Of a DNA stretch of 64,000 bases, positions 53,701 to 64,000 are shown in pieces. Every line of letters begins with the position of its first letter. Position 1 is the first letter of the stretch. The DNA lies in assembly GCA_964016885.1 (NCBI GenBank), contig OZ024748.1:30814001-30878000 (forward strand). The letters run 5' to 3'. Position numbers and translations under genes: made by a program. The notes beneath the pieces were generated by a model. It did no database searches. It worked only from the letters and a program-made list of their open reading frames with translations, and was not told the DNA's origin. This DNA comes from Eledone cirrhosa. Its lineage: Eukaryota.

Positions 53701-56700
53701 CAATTACCAAGTGCATTACTGATACTTTATTTTATCGACCCCGTAAAGATGAAAGGCAAAGTTAACCTCGGCGGGATTTGAACTCAGAATGGCAAGGGCC
53801 GTAACTCTATACGTCAAAGCATCGCGTCCGACCCTCTCCCAATACTGCCAATCCACCGCCCTATATAATATAATATAATATAATAAAATATATTATAGTA
53901 TATTATAATATAATATAATATTATATTATATTATATTGTATTATATTATATTATAATAGAGTATAATATAATATAATATTATATTATAATATAATATAAT
54001 ATAATATAATATTATATTATATATTATATTATAATATAATATATTATATTATATTATAATATAATATAATATAATAAAATATAATATATTATATTATAAT
54101 ATAATGTAATATAATATAATATTATATAATATTATATTATATTATAATATAATATAAGTAGGGCGGTGGATTGGCAGTATCGGGAAAGCGTCGGACGCCA
54201 TGTTTCCAGCATAGTTACGTCCCTTTACGATCTGAGTTCAAATCCCGCCGAGGTTAACTTTGCCTTTCATCCTTACGGAGTCGATAAAATAAAGTACCAG
54301 TAATGCACTGGTGAATTGCTGGCCTTGTGCCTAAAGTAGAAACAATTATATTATAATATAATATATTACAATATAATATAATATAATATTATCTTATATT
54401 ATATCATATTATCTTATCTTATAATATAATATAATATAATATAATATAATATAATATAATATAATATAATATAATATAATATAATATAATATAATATAAT
54501 ATAATATAATATAATATAATATAATATATTATATTATATTATATTATATTATATTATATTATATTATATTATATTATATTATATTATATTATATTAAAAG
54601 GGCGATGGATTGGCAGTATCGGTAGAGGGTCGGACGCCATGCTTTCCAGCATAGTTACGTCCCTTTACGATCTGAGTTCAAATCCCGCCGAGGTTAACTT
54701 TGCCTTTCATCCTTACGGGATCGATAAAATAAAGTACCAGTAATGTACTGGATAATTATGCCTAAAGTAGAAACAATTATATTGTAATATATTATATTAT
54801 AATATAATATAATATATTATAATTTAATACAATATAATATAATATTATATTGTATTATATTATATTATATTATATTATAATATAATATATTTTATAATAT
54901 AATATTATATTATATTATGATATAATATATTATATTATAATAAAATATTATGTTATAATATAATATAATATAATATAATAAAATATATAATATAATATAA
55001 TATAATATAATATAATATAATATTATATTATATTATAATATAATATAATATAATATAATATAATATTATATTATATTATATTATATTATAATATAATATA
55101 ATATAATATAATATTATATTATATTATATTATCTTATCTTATATTATATTATATTATATTATATTATATTATATTATAATATATTATAATATAATATAAT
55201 GTCTACTATAATATAATATAATATTATATTATAATATAATATAATATAATATAATATAATATAATATAATATTATGTTAAAAAAGCGGACCCCGCCATAA
55301 AAAAACAGGACACCCAAATAAAAACGGACCTCCCCCCATAAAAAAACAGGACACCCAAATAAAAACGGACCTCCCCCCATAAAAAAGGGGCACCCAAATA
55401 AAAAACGGACCCTCCACATAAAATAACGGGGCACCCAAATAAAAAACGGACCCTCCCCCATAAAAAAACGGGGCACCCAAATAAAAAAACGGGGCACCCA
55501 AATAAAAAACAGGTTACCCAAATAAAAAACGGACTCCCCTCATTAAAAAAACGGGCACCCAAATAAAAAAACGGACCTCCCCCATACAAAACGGGGCACC
55601 CAAAGAAAAACGGGGCACCCAAATAAAAAAATGGGACACCCAAATAAAAAACGACCCCCCCCGCATAAAAAAAACGGGGCGCCCAAATAAAAAAACGGGG
55701 CACCCAAATAAAAAACGGGGCACCCAAATAAAAAAACGGGGCACCCAAGTAAAAGACGGGGCACGCAAATTAAAACGGACCCCCATCGGGGCACCCAAAT
55801 AAAAAACGGCGCACCCAAATCAATAACTGACACCCCCATAAAAAAACGGGGCCCCCCAATAAAAAACGGGGCACCCAAATAAAGAAACGGGGCAAGCAAA
55901 TAAAAAAGCGCCCCCACATAAAAAACGGGGCACCCAAATAAAAACACGGGGTACCCAAATAAAAAACGGGGCACACCAAAAAAACGTACCCCCCCCCCCC
56001 CCCCTTAAAAAAACGGGGCATACAAATAAAAGACGGGGCACCCAAATAAAAAAACGGGGCACCCAAATCAAAAATTATAATATAACATAATATAATATTA
56101 TATTATATTATATTATATAATATAGGCGGTGGATTGGCAGTATTGGTAGAATGGCGGATGCCATGCTTTGGCGCATAGAGTTACGGCCCTTGCCATTCAG
56201 AGTTCAAATCCCACCGAGGTTAACTTTGCCTTTCATCCTTACGGGGTCGATAAAATAAAGTACCAGTAATACACTGGATAATTGCTGGCCTTGTGCCTAA
56301 CGTAGAAACAATTATATTATATTATAATATATAATATAATATAATATTATATTATATTATAATATAATATAATATTATATTATATTATATTATAATATAA
56401 TATAATATTATATTATATTAATATAATATAATATTATATTATATTATGATATAATATATTATATTATAATAAAATATTATATTATATTATAATATAATAT
56501 AATATAATTTAATATTATATTATATTATATTATAATATATTATAATATAATATAATTTATTTACTATAATATAATATAATTGTTTCTACTTTAGGCACAA
56601 GGCCAGCAATCACCCAGTGCATTACTGGTACTTTATTTTATCGACCCCGTAAGGATGAAAGGCAAAGTCAACCTCGGCGGGATTTGAACTCAGATCGTAA

Positions 56701-59700
56701 AGGGACGTAACTATGCTGGAAAGCATGGCGTCCGACCCTCTACCGATACTGCCAATCTATAATGTTATATCATAATATAATATAATATAATATTATGTTA
56801 AAAAAGCGGACCCCGCCATAAAAAAACAGGACACCAAATAAATAACGGACCTCCCCCTCCATAAAAAAGGGGCACCGAAATAAAAAACGGACCCTCCACA
56901 TAAAATAACGGCGCACCCAAATAAAAAACGGACCCTCCCCCATAAAAAAACGGGGCACCCAAATAAAAAAACGGGGCACCCAAATAAAAATCAGGTTACC
57001 CAAATAAAAAACGGACTCCCCCCATAAAAAAAACGGGCGCCCAAATAAAAAAACGATCACCCAAGTAAAAAACGGGGCACCCAAATAAAAAACAGGTTAC
57101 CCAAATAAAAAACGGACTCCCCTCATTAAAAAAACGGGCACCCAAATAAAAAACGGCCACCCCCCCCCATAAAAAACGGGGCACCCAAAGAAAAACGGGG
57201 CACCCAAATAAAAAACGGCGCACCCAAATCAATAACTGACACCCCCATAAAAAAACGGGGCCCCCCAATAAAAAACGGGGCACCCAAATAAAGAAACGGG
57301 GCAAGCAAATAAAAAAGCGCCCCCACATAAAAAACGGGGCACCCAAATAAAAACACGGGGTACCCAAATAAAAAACGGGGCACACCAAAAAAACGTACCC
57401 CCCCCCCCCTTAAAAAAACGGGGCATACAAATAAAAGACGGGGCACCCAAATAAAAAAACGGGGCACCCAAATCAAAAATTATAATATAACATAATATAA
57501 TATTATATTATATTATATTATATAATATAGGCGGTGGATTGGCAGTATTGGTAGAATGGCGGATGCCATGCTTTGGCGCATAGAGTTACGGCCCTTGCCA
57601 TTCAGAGTTCAAATCCCACCGAGGTTAACTTTGCCTTTCATCCTTACGGGGTCGATAAAATAAAGTACCAGTAATACACTGGATAATTGCTGGCCTTGTG
57701 CCTAACGTAGAAACAATTATATTATATTATAATATATAATATAATATAATATTATATTATATTATAATATAATATAATATTATATTATATTATATTATAA
57801 TATAATATAATATTATATTATATTAATATAATATAATATTATATTATATTATGATATAATATATTATATTATAATAAAATATTATATTATATTATAATAT
57901 AATATAATATAATTTAATATTATATTATATTATATTATAATATATTATAATATAATATAATTTATTTACTATAATATAATATAATTGTTTCTACTTTAGG
58001 CACAAGGCCAGCAATCACCCAGTGCATTACTGGTACTTTATTTTATCGACCCCGTAAGGATGAAAGGCAAAGTCAACCTCGGCGGGATTTGAACTCAGAT
58101 CGTAAAGGGACGTAACTATGCTGGAAAGCATGGCGTCCGACCCTCTACCGATACTGCCAATCTATAATGTTATATCATAATATAATATAATATAATATTA
58201 TGTTAAAAAAGCGGACCCCGCCATAAAAAAACAGGACACCAAATAAATAACGGACCTCCCCCTCCATAAAAAAGGGGCACCGAAATAAAAAACGGACCCT
58301 CCACATAAAATAACGGCGCACCCAAATAAAAAACGGACCCTCCCCCATAAAAAAACGGGGCACCCAAATAAAAAAACGGGGCACCCAAATAAAAATCAGG
58401 TTACCCAAATAAAAAACGGACTCCCCCCATAAAAAAAACGGGCGCCCAAATAAAAAAACGATCACCCAAGTAAAAAACGGGGCACCCAAATAAAAAACAG
58501 GTTACCCAAATAAAAAACGGACTCCCCTCATTAAAAAAACGGGCACCCAAATAAAAAACGGCCACCCCCCCCCATAAAAAACGGGGCACCCAAAGAAAAA
58601 CGGGGCACCCAAATAAAAAAACGGGACACCCAAATAAAAAAACGGGGCACCCAAGTAAAAAACGGGGCACCCAAATAAAAGAACGGGGCACCCAAGTAAA
58701 AAACGGAGCACCCAAATAAAAAAACGGGGCACCCAAGTAAATAACGGGGCACGCAAATTAAAACGGACCCCCATCGGGGCACCCAAATAAAAAACGGCGC
58801 ACCCAAATCAATAACTGACACCCCCATAAAAAAACGGGGCCCCAATAAAAAACGGGGCACCCAAATAAAGAAACGGGGCAAGCAAATAAAAAAAAGCGCC
58901 CTCACATAAAAAACGGGCCACCCAAATAAAAACACGGGGTACCCAAATAAAAAACGGGGCACACCAAAAAAACGTACCCCCCCTTAAAAAAACGGGGCAT
59001 ACAAATAAAAAACGGGGCACCCAAATAAAAAAACGGGGCACCCAAATCAAAAATTATAATATAAAATAATATAATATAATATAATATTATATTATATAAT
59101 AATATAGGCGGTGGATTGGCAGTATTGGTAGAATGTCGGATGCCATGCTTTGGCGCATAGAGTTACGGCCCTTGCCATTCTGACTTCAAATCCCACCGAG
59201 GTTAACTTTGCCTTTCATCCTTACGGGGTCGATAAAATAAAGTACCAGTAATACACTGGATATTTGCTGGCCTTGTGCCTAACGTAGAAACAATTATATT
59301 ATATTATAATATATAATATAATATTATATTATATTATATTATAATATAATATAATATTAATATAATATAATATAATATAATATAATATAATATAATATTA
59401 TATTATATTATATTATATTATATTATATTATATTATATTATATTATATTATATTATATTATATTATATTATATTATATTATATTATATTATATTATATTA
59501 TATTATATTATATTATATTATATTATATTATATTATATTAGGGCGGTGGATTGGCAGTATCGGTAGAGGGTCAGACGCCATGCTTTCCAGCATAGTTACG
59601 TCCCTTTACGATCTGAGTTCAAATCCCGCCGAGGTTGACTTTGCCTTTCATCCTTACGGGGTCGATAAAATAAAGTACCAGTAATGCACTGGATAATTGC

Positions 59701-62700
59701 TGGCCTTGTGCCTAAAGTAGAAACAATTATATTATATTATATTATATTATAATATAATATAATATTAATATAATATAATATTATATTATATTATATTATA
59801 TTATATTATAATATAATATAATATTAATATAATATAATATTATATTATAATATAATATAATATTATGTTAAAAAAGCGGACCCCGCCATAAAAAAACAGG
59901 ACACCCAAATAAAAAACGGACATCTCCCCCATAAAAAAGGGGCACCCAAATAAAAAACGGACCCTCCACATAAAATAACGGGGCACCCAAATAAAAAACG
60001 GCCCCTCCCCCATAATAAAACGGGGTACCCAAATAAAAAACACGTTACACAAATAAAAAACGGACTCCCCTCACTAAAAAAAACGGGCACCCAAATAAAA
60101 AACGGACCCCCCCCCATAAAAAACGGGGCACCCAAATAAAAAAACGGGACACCCAAATAAAAAATGACCCCCCCCCCGCATAAAAAAAACGGGCGCCTAA
60201 TAAAAAAACCGGGGCACCCAAATGAAAAACGGGGCACCCAAATCCATAACTGATACTCCCATAAAAAAATGGGGCCCCCCAATAAAAAACGGGGCACCCA
60301 AATAAAGAAACGGGGCACCCAAATAAAAAAAGCGCCCCCCATAAAAAACGGGGCACCCAAATAACAACACGGGGCAACCAAATAAAAAACGGGGCACCCA
60401 AAAAAAACGTACACCCCTTAAAAAAACGGGGCATACAAAGAAAAAACGGGGCACCCAAATAAAAAAACGGGGCACCCAAATCAAAAATTATAATATAATA
60501 TAATATAATATAATATAATATAATATAATATTATATAATATAATATTATATTATGTAATAATATAGGCGGTGGATTGGCAGTATTGGTAGAATGTCGGAT
60601 GCCATGCTTTGGCGCATAGAGTTACGGCCCTTGCCATTCTGAGTTCAAATCCCACCGAGGTTAACTTTGTCTTTCATCCTTACGGGGTCGATAAAATAAA
60701 GTACCAGTAATACACTAGATATTTGCTGGCCTTGTGCCTAACGTAGAAACAATTATATTATATTATAATATATAATATAATATTATATTATATTATATTA
60801 TATGATATTATAATATAATATAATATTAATATAATATAATATAATATAATATAATATAATATTATGTTACGTTACGTTACGTTACGTTATGTTATGTTAT
60901 GTTATGTTATGTTATAGGGCGGTGAATTGGCAGTATCGGTAGAGGATTGGACGCCATGTTTCCGGCATAGTTATGTCCCTTTACGATCCGAGGTTGACTT
61001 TGCCTTTCATCCTTACGGGGTCGATAAAATAAAGTACCAGTAATGTACTGGGTAATTGCTGGCCTTGTGCCTAAAGTAGAAACAATTATATTGTAATATA
61101 TTATATTATAATATAATATAATATATTATAATTTAATACAATATAATATTATATTGTATTATATTATATTATAATATAATATAATATATTATATTATATT
61201 ATATTATATTATGATATAATATAATATAATATAATATAATATAATATAATATAATATAATATTATATTATATTATAATATGATATAATTGTTTCTACTTT
61301 AGGCACAAGGCCAGCAATCAGCCAGTGCATTACAGGTACTTTATTTTATCGAGTACCAGTAATGCATTATATTATATTATAATATATTATATAATATATT
61401 TATAATATACAATAATATAATATTATATTATAATATAATATAATATAATATAATATAATATAATATAATATAATATAATATAATATAATATAATATAATA
61501 TTATATTAAAAAAACGGTCCCCCCCCCATAAAAAAACATGACACCTAAATAAAAAACGGACCATAAAAAAACGGGGCACCCAAATAAAAAACGGACCCCC
61601 ATAAAAAACGGGCCTCCCAAATAAAAAAACGGACCCGCCCCCATAAAAAACGGGGCACCCAAATAAAAAAACGGGGCCTCCAAATAAAAAATGGGGCACC
61701 CAAATAAAAAACGGGGCACCCAAATAAAACACGGTGCACGCCAATAAAAACGGACCCCCCATGAAAAAGGGGGGCACCCAAATAAAAAACGGGGCACCCA
61801 AATAAAAACACGGGGCACCCAAATTTCAAACGGGGCACCCAAACAAAAAACGGACCCCCCCATAAAAAACGAGGCACCCAAAGAAAAACGGGACACCCAC
61901 ATAAAAAACGACCCCCCCGCATAAAAAAACGGGGCGCCCAAATAAAAAAACAGGGCACCCAAATAAAGAACGGGGCACCCAAATAAAAAAACGGGGCACC
62001 CAAGTAAAAAACGGGGCACGGAAATAAAAACGGACCCCATAAAAAAACGGGGCACCAAAATAAAAAACGGGGCACCCAAATAAAAAAACGGGGCACCCAA
62101 ATAAAAAACGGGGCACCCAAATCAATAACTGACACGCCCATAAAAAATGGGGCACCCAAATAAAGAAACGGGGCACCCAAATAAAAAAAGCGCCCCCCAC
62201 ATAAAAAAACGGGGCACCCAAATAAAAATACGGGTCACCCAAATAAAAAGGAGGCACCCAAATAAAAAACGGGGCACCCCCCAAAAAAACGTACACCCCC
62301 TTAAAAAAACGGGGCATACAAATAAAAAACGGGGCACCCAAATAAAAAAACGGGGCACCCAAATCAAAAATTATAATATAATATAATATAATATTATATT
62401 ATATTAAAAACAAATAACGAAACGAAATTAAATTTCGCTTCGTTTGTAACTCACTTTTGTATGACTGACGCTTAAACAATTAAGTTAAAAATGTACATCT
62501 ACATATGCATACTGAAATACTAGTGTGTATATGAATACACACACGTATACATATGTAGGTGTACCAAGTCTTTCACTGGTCGCTTTACAGTGAGCGGCCC
62601 AGCTATTCTGTATGTAAACACACAGACAAACCGGTTTTTAGAGTCATACTGGTTTTTCGGGGGAACACCTTCCCCCTATTCTCCAGAAAGCCAGACAAGG

Positions 62701-62745
62701 AATATTGAACTAGTTTCGTTGTTGTTACAACTCATCAGCAATATT
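62701..62745 (-). ncRNA. Minimal type I hammerhead ribozyme motif
   Basis: Minus strand reads AATATTG-CTGATGA-GTTGTAACAACAAC-GAAA-CTAGTT|CAATATT, with a 7-bp stem I, 5-bp stem II and palindromic AACTAGTT stem III. Confidence 0.82.
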
Positions 62746-63074
62746 TACCTATCTACCGGCCTTTCTGGAGAATTGTAAAAGCACATATCGTTATATGCTT
62801 TTTCTACGTGTGTGTATTCATATACACACTAGTATTTCAGTATGCATATGTAGATGTACATTTTTAACTTAATTGTTTAAGCGTCAGTCATACAAAAGTG
62901 AGTTACAAACGAAGCGAAATTTAATTTCGTTTCGTTATTTGTTTTTATCGTCTCCGCTGAACCGGTGCGTACTCACACTCTATGCAAATTAGTCTGCCCA
63001 CTACTAATTTTCATAGAAAAAGCATATAACGATATGTGCTTTTACAATTCTCCAGAAAGGCCGGTAGATAGGTA

Positions 63075-63119
63075 AATATTGCTGATGAGTTGTAACAACA
63101 ACGAAACTACTTCAATATT
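63075..63119 (+). ncRNA. Hammerhead motif, sister copy with a G>C change in stem III
   Basis: Identical to 62701-62745 except GAAACTACTT in place of GAAACTAGTT. Confidence 0.65.
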
Positions 63120-64000
63120 CCTTGTCTGGCTTTCTGGAGAATAGGGGGAAGGTGTTCCCCCGAAAAACCAGTATGACTCTAAAAACCGGTTTGTCTGTGT
63201 GTTACATACAGAATAGCTGGGCCGCTCACTGTAAAGCGACCAGTGAAAGACTTGGTACACCTACATATGTATACGTGTGTGTATTCATATACACACTAGT
63301 ATTTCAGTATGCATATGTAGATGTACATTTTTAACTTAATTATTATATTATATTATATTATATAATAATATAGGCGGTGGATTGGCAGTATTGGTAGAGT
63401 GTCGGATGCCATGCTTTGGCGCATAGAGTTACGGCCCTTGCCATTCTGAGTTCAAATCCCACCGAGGTTAACTTTGCCTTTCATCCTTACGGGGTCGTTA
63501 AAATAAAGTACCAGTAATACACTGGATATTTGCTGGCCTTGTGCCTAACGTAGAAACAATTATATTATATTATAATATATAATATAATATTATATTATAT
63601 TATAATATAATATTATAATATAATATTATAATATATTATAATATAATATTATATAATATTATATAATATTATATAATATTATAATATAATATTCAAATCC
63701 CGCCGAGGTTAACTTTGCCTTTCATCCTTACGGGGTCGATAAAATAAAGTACCAGTAATGCACTGAGTAATTGGTGGCCTTGTGCCAAAAGTAGAAACAA
63801 TTATATTATAATATAATATAATATTAATATAATATAATATAATATTATATTATATTATATTATATTATAACATAATATAATATTAATATAATATTAATAT
63901 AAGATAATATAATATTATATTATATTATATTATATTACATTATATTATATTATATTATGTTATGTTATGTTATGTTATGTTATGTTATATTATATTATAA

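Larger units (their letters stand above)
62406..63342. mobile_element. Penelope-like terminal-repeat insertion (inverted plus direct copies) within the satellite
   Basis: Arrangement X-Y (62406-62805), then X' (62806-62946), a short unique spacer, and Y'-partial X' (63015-63342). Each Y carries a hammerhead motif. Confidence 0.8.
33051..64000. repeat. Composite macrosatellite: pentamer matrix, ~40 SINEs and 15 minisatellite cassettes, ~5.3-kb higher-order period
   Basis: Cassettes start at about 36880, 39236, 40731, 42351, 44540, 45959, 47557, 49717, 51427, 53022, 55274, 56796, 58201, 59865 and 61506. Diagnostic variants recur every third cassette. Confidence 0.93.

Noticed and set aside
36747-62386. 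Dozens of G/A/P/F/Y/L/W/V-rich ORFs (MGAPFFYLGAPFF...)
   Set aside because: They are translations of the minisatellite, open in several frames at once, with frequent homopolymer indels and no splice or codon signal.
33051-64000. CRISPR-like or tRNA-gene array interpretation
   Set aside because: There are no unique spacers or cas genes and the context is eukaryotic. The 190-bp units have A/B boxes but no cloverleaf and carry a SINE core and tail.

Overview
AT-rich, repeat-saturated animal DNA. The SINE, RTE and Penelope content looks like a coleoid cephalopod such as Octopus, which is an inference from repeat content only. The one host coding sequence I can support is the terminal exon of an AARSD1/AlaXp-like gene (9166-9289, minus strand). 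The first ~32 kb is nested retroelement and transposon debris: R4/Dong-like and Gypsy fragments, a Tigger/pogo transposon, a nearly intact GC-rich L1/Tx1 element (~11262-16775), a solo LTR with a 6-bp TSD, PHD-finger RTE LINEs, tRNA-derived SINEs, Helitrons and several Penelope-like elements. At least four or five unrelated Penelope-type terminal repeats carry type I hammerhead ribozyme motifs in fold-back arrangements. From ~33 kb to the end is a three-component macrosatellite with a ~5.3-kb higher-order period. It is built from a bidirectional (ATATT)n/(AATAT)n pentamer matrix, about 40 copies of a ~190-bp Pol III SINE, and 15 fixed-ended cassettes of a ~21-bp A-tract minisatellite. All calls are by eye; no searches were run, and boundaries are approximate unless motif coordinates are given.
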